Shown here one piece after another: positions 24,101 through 39,000 of a stretch of DNA of 64,000 bases. Each line of letters begins with the position of its first letter. The first letter of the stretch is position 1. The DNA is from Macrostomum hystrix (taxonomy: Eukaryota; Animalia; Platyhelminthes): positions 21,080,001 through 21,144,000 of the forward strand of contig CATNEN010000038.1 of NCBI GenBank assembly GCA_950097015.1, read 5' to 3'. Under the pieces are notes generated by a model, which saw only the letters and a list, made by a program, of their open reading frames with translations, was not told the DNA's origin and did no database searches. The translations under genes and the position numbers were made by a program.

Positions 24101-27100
24101 GATAAGATAGGGCAGAGATAAGATAGGGGAGAGATAGGATAGGGCAGAGATAAGATAGGGCAGAGATAAGATAGGGCAGAGATAAGATAGGGGAGAGATA
24201 AGATTGGGGAAAGATAAGATAGGGCAGAGATAAGATAGGGGAGAGATAAGATAGGGGAAAGATAAGATAGGGGAAAGATAAGATAGGGCAGAGATAAGAT
24301 AGGGGAGAGATAAGATAGGGGAAAGATAAGATAGGGGAAAGATAAGATAGGGCAGAGATAAGATTGGGGAGAGATAAGATAGGGGAAAGATAAGATAGGG
24401 GAGAGTTAAGATAGGGGAGATGAGATTGGGGAGAGATAAGAGAGGGGAGAGATAAGATAGGGGAGAGATAAGATAGGGGAGAGATAAGATAGGGGAGAGA
24501 TAAGATAGGGGAGAGATAAGATAGGGGAGAGATAAGATAGGGGGAGATGAGATTGGGGAGAGATAAGATAGGGGAGAGATAAGATAGGGGAAAGATAAGA
24601 TAGGGGAAAGATAAGATAGGGGAGAGATGAGACTGGGGAGAGATAAGATAGGGGAGGGAAAAGATAGGGGAGAGATAAGATAGGGGAGAGATAAGATAGG
24701 GCAGAGATAAGATAGGGGAGAGATAGGATAGGGCAGAGATAAGATAGGGGGAGATGAGATTGGGGAGAGATAAGATAGGGGAGAGATGAGACTGGGGAGA
24801 GATAAGATAGGGGAAAGATAAGATAGGGGAAAGATAAGATAGGGGAGAGATGAGACTGGGGAGAGATAAGATAGGGGAAAGATAAGATAGGGGAAAGATA
24901 AGATAGGGGAGAGATGAGACTGGGGAGAGATAAGATAGGGGAGGGAAAAGATAGGGCAGAGATAAGATAGGGGAGGGATAAGATAGGGCAGAGATAAGAT
25001 AGGGGGAGATGAGATTGGGGAGAGATAAGATAGGGGAGAGATGAGACTGGGGAGAGATAAGATAGGGGAAAGATAAGATAGGGGAAAGATAAGATAGGGG
25101 AGAGATGAGACTGGGGAGAGATAAGATAGGGGAGGGAAAAGATAGGGGAGAGATAAGATAGGGCAGAGATAAGATAGGGGAGAGATAAGATAGGGGAGAG
25201 ATAAGATAGGGCAGAGATAAGATAGGGGGAGATGAGATTGGGGAGAGATAAGATAGGGGAGAGATAAGATAGGGGAGAGATGAGACTGGGGAGAGATAAG
25301 ATAGGGGACAGATAAGATAGGACGGAGATAAGATAGTGGAGAGATAAGATTGGGGAGAGATAAGATAGGGGAGAGATAAGATAGGGGAGAGATAAGATAG
25401 GGCAGAAATAAGATAGGGGAAAGATAAGATAGGGCAGAGATAAGATAGGGCAGAGATAAGATAGGGGGAGATGAGATTGGGGAGAGATAAGATAGGGGAG
25501 GGAAAAGATAGGGGAGAGATAAGATAGGGGAGAGATAAGATAGGGCAGAGATAAGATAGGGGAGAGATAAGGTGGGGGAGAGATGAGACACGGGGAGAGA
25601 TGAGACTGGGAGAGATGAGACTGGGGAGAGATAAGATAGGGGAGTGATAAGATAGGGCAGAGATAAGATGGGGGGAGAGATGAGACTGGGGAGAGATGAG
25701 ACACGGGGAGAGATGAGACAGGTGGGGGGAGAGATGAGACACGGGGAGAGATAAGATAGGGGAGAGATAAGATAGGGGAGAGATAAGATAGGGCAGAGAT
25801 AAGATGGGGGAGAGATAAGATGGGGGAGAGATGTGACTGGGGAGAGATGAGACTGGGGAGAGATGAGACAGGGGAGAGATGAGATAGGGAAGAGATGAGA
25901 CAGGGAGGGATGAGACAGGAGAGACACTAGTCGGGAGAAATAACACATTAGATGTTGGATTAGATGGGAGGGGCCAGGGGCCGCATCTGGCCTGTGAGAT
26001 GAGTTCGACACAAGTTAGAATTTGAGTTAGAATCAAGCAGTGTTAATGCTATACTAATAAAAAGGATAGGTGTGTCAAGCAGCATCACGTGATTTGTCCC
26101 GTGTCTCATCGTATAAACGAGTTATGAGCTGATTTTAGATAAAAACAAGCAATCAGGAAATCATCTTTTAAAAATGAACTAATAGATGGACACGCGGGGA
26201 CAAATGAGAAAACCTACATTTTTAGCTGAGGGCCCTACAATTATTTTTGCCATTCTTTGTAGGAAATTTTTTTCCTACAAGTTTTGCTTTCTCAAAGATT
26301 ACAAAACGACCTTGGCATGGCCTTCAGTGAGTAATTGTTAGATCCGGATTATCCTAGTTGCCAATTGGCAAATATATATAATCTAAATTCAATGCAAAGA
26401 AGGTCTGATTCTAGAAAAACAGATTCTAGAAACTATTTCTTCAACGAAATACTGTTTCTTGGATATTCAAAAGTGGATTTTATGAAATCTCGTATCTATG
26501 TACGAGTTATAATTATTCCGAGATAGCTCGATTTAAAATTTTTTTTTTTCTAAATAGCCTAAGTCGTAAAAACGATTTCAAGCAATCTTAGCTCTAATAA
26601 ATATTGATTTTAACAAGTATTGAACCAAAGAAAGATATATTCAAAGTACTCTAAATTAAAAGAAGTATTAATTGTAAGATATCTCGCATAAGATAATCTT
26701 GATTCCTGAAAATCTTTATTCTAAGAAGTATTGATTCTAAGAAATCCAGATTCTAAGAAATCCAGATTCTAAAAAATCAATTTTCTAAGAAATCGTGATT
26801 CTATGAAAAACTGATTCTAAGAAATCTTGATTCTAAGATATCTAGATTCTAAGAAATCTAGATTCTAAAAATACCTGATTCTAAGAAATCTTGATTCCAA
26901 GAAATCATGATTAAAGAAATCTAGATTTTATAAAATACTGATTCTAAAAAATCTTATTTCAAAGAAATTAGATTCTAAGAGATCTTAATTTCAAAGAAAA
27001 AAAAATTTAAAAGCCTTCCCCTATGAAATAATACTTCTCGAAAATCCCAAGCGCATTTTAAACCCGCACTGTACGCTCGCAGACAAACAGCACAGCTTGG

Positions 27101-28310
27101 AGCTACATGCACAGGCCGTTCCAGAGCGTCATTCTCTACCTGGTCCTCGCCTGCTCACTCCTAAGCCTAGTCGCCTTCTTGACCGTCTATCGCAGCGTTG
27201 CTCAGCTAAGAAATCGGGCCGGCTTTATACTCTGCTGGCATGCTGCCTGTCTGCTGGTTGTTGAAGTTCTTCACCTGGCTGGAAGATCAGTCAACCTGCC
27301 GCAGCCAGTCTGCCTGACCTCCCTACTAGCCAGCTTCCTGGCTCTGACTGGCACCTTCTCCTGGGCGGCCGTGTTCGGCATCGACTTGCTGATCTCCATC
27401 GGATCCAGGACGGTCCGTCCCAGCCGGGAGACTCGATGGGGCTATGCCAGATTGGCGTGCTTCGCCTGGCTGATGCCGGCTCTCCTCACCGCGGCATTGG
27501 CTGCTCTGCACTTTCGCACCGGCCTATTGAATAATCGCAGGTGTGACGCCGCCTCAGCTAAACAGTGGCTCATGGTCGGCCTGTCTGTTGTACCCCTTGG
27601 CCTGAGTCTGTTGATCAATCTGGCCGTGCTAGGCGCCCTGTGCGCAATGCTTTTGCTGCGAAGTCGACAGGCGGCCAGGTCTATTGGGCGTCGAGCGGCA
27701 GCTAGCCAGTCTAGACTGGCTATTGTTACGCTAAAGGTGAGCGCTAGCTGCGTAACTTTTACGCCCGCATACTTTATAATTATACACTTTGTTTTGCACT
27801 TTTCAAATTTGTGCACTTTTAAATTCATGCACTTTTAAATTTATGTACTTTTAAACTTGTAAAATTTGAATTTTCTAATTTCAAACACGCCTGTACACGC
27901 ATTCGCAGGTATCAGTAATCCTTGGCGTCACCTGGTTGCCCTATTTCTGCATAGCCAAACTAATTGGCCGCGGACGCGAACCAGTGACCTCATTCGCAGC
28001 CGAAGTCATAGTCGACATGCACGGCTGCCTTCTATCGGCCTGCTTCTGTCTGAATAGGAAAACCCGAGCCAGACTGGCCGAGGCCTGCGCCAGGCGGCGA
28101 ACATCGCGTCGAATGAGTGCGCAGGCCTACAGCGCGGCGGCCGGCAAGCAGCGCCAGATTCTGCGTCACGCCCGCTCCGCCACGGCCGCTTCGGCCAGCT
28201 CCGCAGCCATCTGTCAGGTGGTCACTTCGTCGTCAGAAATTGAACTACACGAGCAACAGCGTCGGTCGCTTGTGAATCCGCAGAGAAGGGGTACCAATGT
28301 GAGCATCTGA
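21191..28310 (+). CDS. Family B (methuselah/adhesion-like, 7tm_2) GPCR with short ectodomain (exons 21191-21406, 27083-27736, 27909-28310; ~423 aa)
   Basis: Phase-0 GT-AG junctions. Seven hydrophobic segments; motifs LRNRAG, FSWAAVFGIDL, FAWLMP, KVSVILGVTW (TM6), DMHGCLLSACFCLNRKTR (TM7/H8). The exon 1-2 junction creates N-glycosylation sequons NRT/NST. Exon 1 is less certain than exons 2-3. Confidence 0.8.
21448..22081. repeat. 18-bp minisatellite GCAATGAGAATGAGAGTT
   Basis: About 35 copies in GPCR intron 1. Confidence 0.95.
23632..25925. repeat. ~16-bp purine-rich minisatellite GATAAGATAGGGGAGA
   Basis: About 140 variant copies in GPCR intron 1; explains the 800-aa Leu/Ser/Pro ORFs. Confidence 0.95.
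26696..26990. repeat. Degenerate 16-bp repeat GATTCTAAGAAATCTA
   Basis: Repeated GATTCTAAGAAA motif near the GPCR exon 2 acceptor. Confidence 0.75.
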
Positions 28311-30085
28311 ACAGCGGCTGTCGAAAACTGTACAGCCAGTTCGAATTCTCAAACCTCAATTCTATAGAATTTCAACAACTCTCAACGAAACCTCAATTCT
28401 TTGATATTTAAATTTCACGAAATCGGGATTCTAGGAAATAATCTATTTTTTCTAAGTGACAAACAGTTCAAACTTCTTTACTTCGACGTCATATCGCTAT
28501 TTTAATTTTAATGAATTTCTTAACACAATTCATAAATGCTTCATAAAAGCCTTTTTTTATTTCAATTGACATTATAGATTAGCTTAAAAACTTAAAATGT
28601 CGTATTTAATCAGCTGCAGTGTCTAAATTTCAGAGAAAAGTCATAACACAACTTTTCGATAAAAAAATTGCATCAATCGCATATAAGATGTTTTCCGTGA
28701 ACGATCCTATGTTCCAAATCAAGAGACTGCATGCTGCACACATTGTTCTCATTTTACAGTCACTATTAATTTTTTATTTGATATTTAAACAATAATCCAG
28801 TGGAATTACTTGCAAAAACCGGTTCATTGTTAACAACTTTTTGTTATACGAGCGTAGTTGAAGATTTTTCAACATCCAGTTGAAAATTACACAGAGCGTA
28901 CAATGCACAAAAATATATTATAAAAGTACTTTAGAAATGATGAGTACATTTTTTGTTTAAATTCGTTGTAAAAGTTTCGAGTTTTGAGACTTCGAAAGCC
29001 ACCAATACTGCTGAACGATATAAAAAATAACTGTAGAACAATAGGCTAGAAAGCAAAGAAAACAAGGGAACACGAAATTTCTAAGAAAAAACCTATAAAA
29101 TGTAAACTTATGACAAGAATATAGAAAACCAATGAAAAGGAAAAGGAAATTCAGCTTTCTAAATCTCAACTCACCAATGTCATAAATAAAAATAAAGCTA
29201 TGTATATGTTTTATCAGTCTTGACAATCGAGAATATGTTTTTCATTTCTCATTAATTACATAAAAATCAAAATGTGAGTGTTTAGTACCTTAATTGTATC
29301 AGTCCATGCCTGTAGGACCAAAATAAGTTAAATTATTATGCCGTATTGAATTTATGCAATGATCAACAGTGCTTTGCACAACCCCTAAACCTGGAAAGAA
29401 TTCTGCACGTGACACACGTAATAAGCGATGTATCGACATTAACAAATAGACTTATTGTATCATTAATTATCATTACATTGGCAATTGTTCGAATTTAATT
29501 AATTAAAAACTTTAAATGAATACACTTTCAGAAATTCCATACATCAACCTTCAAATTTTTAAACAACAATTAACTTTTTAAAGCTCTTTGTCGTTGAATA
29601 GAAAACAATTGTTTGGTGAAGGCACATGCAATAAGTAATAAAGACATTCCTGTTTGAGATTTTGTTTTAATTCGATGTTTTAATTAGGATTCGTTAAACT
29701 CTACTAAGTGCATGCTGTAATTGGGATTTGTTTAAATTAGGATTTGCTTAAGTTGGGAATTTCTGGAACGTGCAGATTTCTTCGAGTCCTTTGAACATGA
29801 ACTTTTCCAATAGGATTTGTGACATCGGGTTTGTTTTAAATATAGATTTGCTTGTATTATTAGAAAAAGTTTAAATAAAATCGAGAGATTCGTTTTAATT
29901 GCGGTTTCTTTAAACAGAGGTGTCGTTCGTGCAAGTCCGGCTTATTTTTGAGTTAGAATTTTGAATTTAATTAATCAAGTTTAAATTTCTCTGCAATTTC
30001 ATAGACTATATAAATACTTAAAAAGCTTCCTAAAATGTATAATAAACGAAACGAATAGAATTTAGTCGGATTTCCTTCTATAGCA

Positions 30086-33000
30086 TCAGCCAATCTGTTC
30101 CCAGGCATAGATCAGTCCGCACAGCACCAGCAGTCGATCTTTGGCTGTCATATCGGTGGCCGACTCGGTAAAGCAGACGTCCATTGCACCGGAGTCGCAG
30201 TAAACTGTACGCAAATATCGTGGCCAATGAATCGTTGCCACGCAACAGACTGTGTCACCTTGGAAGACTTCCAGCGGCTCATCATCACCTGAGGCGTCTT
30301 CGTAGAAGCAGAGTTGCATTAGGCGCTCGGATTTGATCTGATTTCGACAACCGGATTGGTTTTTAGTTAGATGAAAAGGCAGTGAAAATTAATTGGAGGC
30401 ACTGAGACTCATAGAGCACTCGAGTCCCAGAAAAGTACTCAAGTCCTAGAAAAGTACTTGAGTCCTAGAAAAGTACTCAAGTCCTAGAAAAGTATTCCGC
30501 TAATTCCTGAGCACACACGCTTTCAGATACTGTACGGAGGCACTCAAAACGTATAGTAATGTACATGTGTTGACTTTATCATCGTCAGACACTCTTACAG
30601 TGCTTTTGAGAGAATGTAACATCGCCCTGAAATCGAGTTCAGGGATCTTGGTGTGCAAACGAGTTAGACCACTCTGCCACTACGCCCCCAACTATAAATA
30701 TGGTATTTGTCTATTAAAAAAGTACTCATGCACTAAAAAACTTACTCCTGTACTCAATTTTGGTGCTGCAGTACTGCTAAAGTGCTAACGATATAGAAAT
30801 CGTTTCTTTGCACAAATATTTGGTTGAGTAACTTGCTAACCTGATATCGTTTAACATTGCGCCTGTCACTCAGCCAAAAACCTTTAACTGGTCCCCAAGC
30901 CGATCGAACTTGGCCCACAATGCCACTGTCTGGGTCGGTATGGGCACCAGATACTGCAGCGGCGGCAGAGGCAGCAGCTCCGCTGCCCGGTTGAACAACT
31001 TCGATGCAGGACGTCCAAATCGGCAGCGGCACTAGGTCGGCGGCGAACAATGGAAAACTGCGCACCCGCCGCAATTGAAAGGCCGCCTTCAAACTGCCAT
31101 CTGGCAACTGGCAGGTTCCGGTCAGCCAGTTTGACTTGGTTTTCAACGCTCCGTCGACTTGGGATTCCTCGACTACGTTGTACAGTGTGGCCTCCTTGTC
31201 GACAGTTTTTATGCAATATTCGCGTCTAACACGCCACGAGCAAGTTGACGGAGTATAGGACAGAACCTGTTGAATGTTGGTGTAACATCTGACAGCTCAC
31301 TGATGAATATTTAGCAGTTCATTCATACGAAGTGGAACAGTGGATATGCATAACAAGCCGCAGATGAGCCTCGAAACAATAGATCAAACAATCGCTGCTT
31401 TGTTCTTGACGGTGTGGACTTTTACTTTTTACTTTTAAAGTCAGTTCTTTTTGAAACTATTTCTGTGGGTGATTCAATAATAACAGGTTCTTTCCTACTG
31501 AATAGAATATGCTAATAGGATTAGGAAAAGTGACACGGTCGATAAGGTTGAAACAAAAGTACAATTTAGAAGCGTTGCCATGCAAAGTTAAACAAACTTG
31601 CCAATCAAACCACTGAGTACCAAATCCTTCTTAGACCGAATAAAAGTACTCATGCTTGTACTTTATACGTTTTTTCTAGTAAATAAGCAGTGCCTCTTTA
31701 CCTTAGTCGCAGCGTTTTTTCTGTCTGAGAGCATTTTCAGCGTCCGGCATTTCAAGTAGCTACTCTTATCTAATATCAATAACAGTTTTCAGTTGAAATA
31801 TATACTGCCTGTAATTATTGAATGTTGATAGAGATTTATAAATTTATTTTGAGGTAGCTATACTTAATTTGAGTACGTAAGTCTTCAGACAAAAATTTAC
31901 GACCAAAGACTTCCGGACCAGGATAGAGGTGACTCAACTGCAGACAATAGAACCAGGATGGAGGTGTCTGAACTGCAGACAATAGAACCAGGATGGAGAT
32001 GTCTCAACTGCAGACAATAGAACCAGGATGGAGGTGTCTGAACTGCAGACAATAGAACCAGGATGGAGATGTCTCAACTGCAGACAATATAACCAGGGTG
32101 GAGGTGTCTGAACTACAGACAATAGAACCAGGATGGAGGTGTCTGAACTACAGACAATAGAACCAGGATGGAGGTGTCTGAACTACAGACAATAGAACCA
32201 GGATGGAGGTGTCTGAACTGCAGACAATAGAACCAGGATGGAGGTGTCTGAACTACAGACAATAGAACCAGGATGGAGGTGTCTGAACTACAGACAATAT
32301 AACCAGGATGGAGGTGTCTGAACTACAGACAATATAACCAGGATGGAGGTGTCTGAACTGCAGACAATAGAACCAGGATGGAGGTGTCTGAACTGCAGAC
32401 AATAGAACCAGGATGGAGGTGTCTGAACTACAGACAATAGAACCAGGATGGAGATGTCTGAACTACAGACAATATAACCAGGATGGAGGTGTCTGAACTG
32501 CAGACAATAGAACCAGGATGGAGGTGTCTGAACTGCAGACAATAGAACCAGGATGGAGGTTTCTGAACTACAGACAATAGAACCAGGATGGAGGTGTCTG
32601 AACTGCAGACAATAGAACCAGGATGGAGGTGTCTGAACTACAGACAATAGAACCAGGATGGAGGTGTCTGAACTGCAGACAATAGAACCAGGATGGAGGT
32701 GTCTGAACTACAGACAATAGAACCAGGATGGAGGTGTCTGAACTGCAGACAATAGAACCAGGATGGAGGTGTCTGAACTACAGACAATAGAACCAGGATG
32801 GAGGTGTCTGAACTGCAGACAATAGAACCAGGATGGAGGTGTCTGAACTACAGACAATAGAACCAGGATGGAGGTGTCTCAACTGCAGACAATAGAACCA
32901 GGATGGAGGTGTCTGAACTGCAGACAATAGAACCAGGATGGAGGTGTCTGAACTGCAGACAATAGAACCAGGATGGAGATGTCTCAACTGCAGACAATAG

Positions 33001-36000
33001 AACCAGGATGGAGGTGTCTGAACTGCAGACAATAGAACCAGGATGGAGGTGTCTGAACTGCAGACAATAGAACCAGGATGGAGGTGTCTCAACTGCAGAC
33101 AATATAACCAGGGTGGAGGTGTCTGAACTGCAGACAATAGAACCAGGATGGAGGTGTCTCAACTGCAGACAATAGAACCAGGATGGAGGTGTCTGAACTG
33201 CAGACAATAGAACCAGGATGGAGGTGTCTGAACTGCAGACAATAGAACCAGGATGGAGATGTCTCAACTGCAGACAATATAACCAGGGTGGAGGTGTCTG
33301 AACTACAGACAATAGAACCAGGATGGAGGTGTCTGAACTGCAGACAATAGAACCAGGATGGAGATGTCTGAACTACAGACAATATAACCAGGATGGAGGT
33401 GTCTGAACTACAGACAATAGAACCAGGATGGAGGTGTCTGAACTGCAGACAATAGAACCAGGATGGAGGTGTCTGAACTACAGACAATAGAACCAGGATG
33501 GAGGTGTCTGAACTGCAGACAATAGAACCAGGATGGAGGTGTCTGAACTACAGACAATAGAACCAGGATGGAGGTGTCTCAACTGCAGACAATAGAACCA
33601 GGATGGAGGTGTCTGAACTGCAGACAATAGAACCAGGATGGAGGTGTCTGAACTGCAGACAATAGAACCAGGATGGAGATGTCTCAACTGCAGACAATAG
33701 AACCAGGATGGAGATGTCTGAACTACAGACAATATAACCAGGATGGAGGTGTCTGAACTGCAGACAATAGAACCAGGATGGAGGTGTCTCAACTGCAGAC
33801 AATATAACCAGGGTGGAGGTGTCTGAACTGCAGACAATAGAACCAGGATGGAGGTGTCTCAACTGCAGACAATAGAACCAGGATGGAGGTGTCTGAACTG
33901 CAGACAATAGAACCAGGATGGAGGTGTCTGAACTGCAGACAATAGAACCAGGATGGAGATGTCTCAACTGCAGACAATATAACCAGGGTGGAGGTGTCTG
34001 AACTACAGACAATAGAACCAGGATGGAGGTGTCTGAACTGCAGACAATAGAACCAGGATGGAGATGTCTGAACTACAGACAATATAACCAGGATGGAGGT
34101 GTCTGAACTACAGACAATAGAACCAGGATGGAGGTGTCTGAACTGCAGACAATAGAACCAGGATGGAGGTGTCTGAACTACAGACAATAGAACCAGGATG
34201 GAGGTGTCTCAACTGCAGACAATAGAACCAGGATGGAGGTGTCTGAACTGCAGACAATAGAACCAGGATGGAGGTGTCTGAACTGCAGACAATAGAACCA
34301 GGATGGAGATGTCTCAACTGCAGACAATAGAACCAGGATGGAGATGTCTGAACTACAGACAATATAACCAGGATGGAGGTGTCTGAACTGCAGACAATAG
34401 AACCAGGATGGAGGTGTCTCAACTGCAGACAATATAACCAGGGTGGAGGTGTCTGAACTGCAGACAATAGAACCAGGATGGAGGTGTCTCAACTGCAGAC
34501 AATAGAACCAGGATGGAGGTGTCTGAACTGCAGACAATAGAACCAGGATGGAGGTGTCTGAACTGCAGACAATAGAACCAGGATGGAGATGTCTCAACTG
34601 CAGACAATATAACCAGGGTGGAGGTGTCTGAACTACAGACAATAGAACCAGGATGGAGGTGTCTCAACTGCAGACAATAGAACCAGGATGGAGATGTCTG
34701 AACTACAGACAATATAACCAGGATGGAGGTGTCTGAACTACAGACAATAGAACCAGGATGGAGGTGTCTGAACTGCAGACAATAGAACCAGGATGGAGAT
34801 GTCTGAACTACAGACAATAGAACCAGGATGGAGGTGTCTGAACTGCAGACAATAGAACCAGGATGGAGGTGTCTGAACTACAGACAATAGAACTAGGATG
34901 GAGGTGTCTCAACTGCAGACAATAGAACCAGGATGGAGGTGTCTGAACTGCAGACAATAGAACCAGGATGGAGGTGTCTGAACTGCATACAATAGAACCA
35001 GGATGGAGATGTCTCAACTGCAGACAATAGAACCAGGATGGAGATGTCTGAACTACAGACAATATAACCAGGATGGAGGTGTCTGAACTGCAGACAATAG
35101 AACCAGGATGGAGGTGTCTCAACTGCAGACAATATAACCAGGGTGGAGGTGTCTGAACTGCAGACAATAGAACCAGGATGGAGGTGTCTCAACTGCAGAC
35201 AATAGAACCAGGATGGAGGTGTCTGAACTGCAGACAATAGAACCAGGATGGAGGTGTCTGAACTGCAGACAATAGAACCAGGATGGAGGTGTCTCAACTG
35301 CAGACAATAGAACCAGGATGGAGGTGTCTGAACTACAGACAATAGAACCAGGATGGAGGTGTCTCAACTGCAGACAATAGAACCAGGATGGAGGTGTCTG
35401 AACTGCAGACAATAGAACCAGGATGGAGGTGTCTGAACTGCAGACAATAGAACCAGGATGGAGATGTCTCAACTGCAGACAATAGAACCAGGATGGAGAT
35501 GTCTGAACTACAGACAATATAACCAGGATGGAGGTGTCTGAACTGCAGACAATAGAACCAGGATGGAGGTGTCTCAACTGCAGACAATATAACCAGGGTG
35601 GAGGTGTCTGAACTGCAGACAATAGAACCAGGATGGAGGTGTCTCAACTGCAGACAATAGAACCAGGATGGAGGTGTCTGAACTGCAGACAATAGAACCA
35701 GGATGGAGGTGTCTGAACTGCAGACAATAGAACCAGGATGGAGATGTCTCAACTGCAGACAATATAACCAGGGTGGAGGTGTCTGAACTACAGACAATAG
35801 AACCAGGATGGAGGTGTCTGAACTGCAGACAATAGAACCAGGATGGAGATGTCTGAACTACAGACAATATAACCAGGATGGAGGTGTCTGAACTGCAGAC
35901 AATAGAACCAGGATGGAGGTGTCTGAACTGCAGACAATAGAACCAGGATGGAGGTGTCTGAACTACAGACAATAGAACCAGGATGGAGGTGTCTGAACTG

Positions 36001-39000
36001 CAGACAATAGAACCAGGATGGAGGTGTCTGAACTACAGACAATAGAACCAGGATGGAGGTGTCTCAACTGCAGACAATAGAACCAGGATGGAGGTGTCTG
36101 AACTGCAGACAATAGAACCAGGATGGAGGTGTCTGAACTGCAGACAATAGAACCAGGATGGAGATGTCTCAACTGCAGACAATAGAACCAGGATGGAGAT
36201 GTCTGAACTACAGACAATATAACCAGGATGGAGGTGTCTGAACTGCAGACAATAGAACCAGGATGGAGGTGTCTCAACTGCAGACAATATAACCAGGGTG
36301 GAGGTGTCTGAACTGCAGACAATAGAACCAGGATGGAGGTGTCTCAACTGCAGACAATAGAACCAGGATGGAGGTGTCTGAACTGCAGACAATAGAACCA
36401 GGATGGAGGTGTCTGAACTGCAGACAATAGAACCAGGATGGAGATGTCTCAACTGCAGACAATATAACCAGGGTGGAGGTGTCTGAACTACAGACAATAG
36501 AACCAGGATGGAGGTGTCTGAACTACAGACAATAGAACCAGGATGGAGGTGTCTGAACTACAGACAATAGAACCAGGATGGAGGTGTCTGAACTGCAGAC
36601 AATAGAACCAGGATGGAGGTGTCTGAACTACAGACAATAGAACCAGGATGGAGGTGTCTGAACTACAGACAATATAACCAGGATGGAGGTGTCTGAACTA
36701 CAGACAATATAACCAGGATGGAGGTGTCTGAACTGCAGACAATAGAACCAGGATGGAGGTGTCTGAACTGCAGACAATAGAACCAGGATGGAGGTGTCTG
36801 AACTACAGACAATAGAACCAGGATGGAGATGTCTGAACTACAGACAATATAACCAGGATGGAGGTGTCTGAACTGCAGACAATAGAACCAGGATGGAGGT
36901 GTCTGAACTGCAGACAATAGAACCAGGATGGAGGTTTCTGAACTACAGACAATAGAACCAGGATGGAGGTGTCTGAACTGCAGACAATAGAACCAGGATG
37001 GAGGTGTCTGAACTACAGACAATAGAACCAGGATGGAGGTGTCTGAACTGCAGACAATAGAACCAGGATGGAGGTGTCTGAACTGACAGACAATAGAACC
37101 AGGATGGAGGTGTCTGAACTGCAGACAATAGAACCAGGATGGAGGTGTCTGAACTACAGACAATAGAACCAGGATGGAGGTGTCTGAACTGCAGACAATA
37201 GAACCAGGATGGAGGTGTCTGAACTACAGACAATAGAACCAGGATGGAGGTGTCTCAACTGCAGACAATAGAACCAGGATGGAGGTGTCTGAACTGCAGA
37301 CAATAGAACCAGGATGGAGGTGTCTGAACTGCAGACAATAGAACCAGGATGGAGATGTCTCAACTGCAGACAATAGAACCAGGATGGAGATGTCTGAACT
37401 ACAGACAATATAACCAGGATGGAGGTGTCTGAACTGCAGACAATAGAACCAGGATGGAGGTGTCTGAACTGCAGACAATAGAACCAGGATGGAGGTGTCT
37501 GAACTGCAGACAATAGAACCAGGATGGAGATGTCTGAACTGCAGACAATAGAACCAGGATGGAGATGTCTGAACTACAGACAATATAACCAGGATGGAGG
37601 TGTCTGAACTGCAGACAATAGAACCAGGATGGAGGTGTCTCAACTGCAGACAATATAACCAGGGTGGAGGTGTCTGAACTGCAGACAATAGAACCAGGAT
37701 GGAGGTGTCTCAACTGCAGACAATAGAACCAGGATGGAGGTGTCTGAACTGCAGACAATAGAACCAGGATGGAGGTGTCTGAACTGCAGACAATAGAACC
37801 AGGATGGAGGTGTCTCAACTGCAGACAATAGAACCAGGATGGAGGTGTCTGAACTACAGACAATAGAACCAGGATGGAGGTGTCTCAACTGCAGACAATA
37901 GAACCAGGATGGAGGTGTCTGAACTGCAGACAATAGAACCAGGATGGAGGTGTCTGAACTGCAGACAATAGAACCAGGATGGAGATGTCTCAACTGCAGA
38001 CAATAGAACCAGGATGGAGATGTCTGAACTACAGACAATATAACCAGGATGGAGGTGTCTGAACTGCAGACAATAGAACCAGGATGGAGGTGTCTCAACT
38101 GCAGACAATATAACCAGGGTGGAGGTGTCTGAACTGCAGACAATAGAACCAGGATGGAGGTGTCTCAACTGCAGACAATAGAACCAGGATGGAGGTGTCT
38201 GAACTGCAGACAATAGAACCAGGATGGAGGTGTCTGAACTGCAGACAATAGAACCAGGATGGAGATGTCTCAACTGCAGACAATATAACCAGGGTGGAGG
38301 TGTCTGAACTACAGACAATAGAACCAGGATGGAGGTGTCTGAACTGCAGACAATAGAACCAGGATGGAGATGTCTGAACTACAGACAATATAACCAGGAT
38401 GGAGGTGTCTGAACTACAGACAATAGAACCAGGATGGAGGTGTCTGAACTGCAGACAATAGAACCAGGATGGAGGTGTCTGAACTACAGACAATAGAACC
38501 AGGATGGAGGTGTCTGAACTGCAGACAATAGAACCAGGATGGAGGTGTCTGAACTACAGACAATAGAACCAGGATGGAGGTGTCTCAACTGCAGACAATA
38601 GAACCAGGATGGAGGTGTCTGAACTGCAGACAATAGAACCAGGATGGAGGTGTCTGAACTGCAGACAATAGAACCAGGATGGAGATGTCTCAACTGCAGA
38701 CAATAGAACCAGGATGGAGATGTCTGAACTACAGACAATATAACCAGGATGGAGGTGTCTGAACTGCAGACAATAGAACCAGGATGGAGGTGTCTCAACT
38801 GCAGACAATATAACCAGGGTGGAGGTGTCTGAACTGCAGACAATAGAACCAGGATGGAGGTGTCTCAACTGCAGACAATAGAACCAGGATGGAGGTGTCT
38901 GAACTGCAGACAATAGAACCAGGATGGAGGTGTCTGAACTGCAGACAATAGAACCAGGATGGAGATGTCTCAACTGCAGACAATATAACCAGGGTGGAGG

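Noticed and set aside
19932-26036. Long repetitive ORFs (DLGSGSGIW, MRMRVA, LQLSFS, 800-aa LSP-rich)
   Set aside because: Open in several frames and strands because the repeat units lack stop codons; they are intronic or intergenic.
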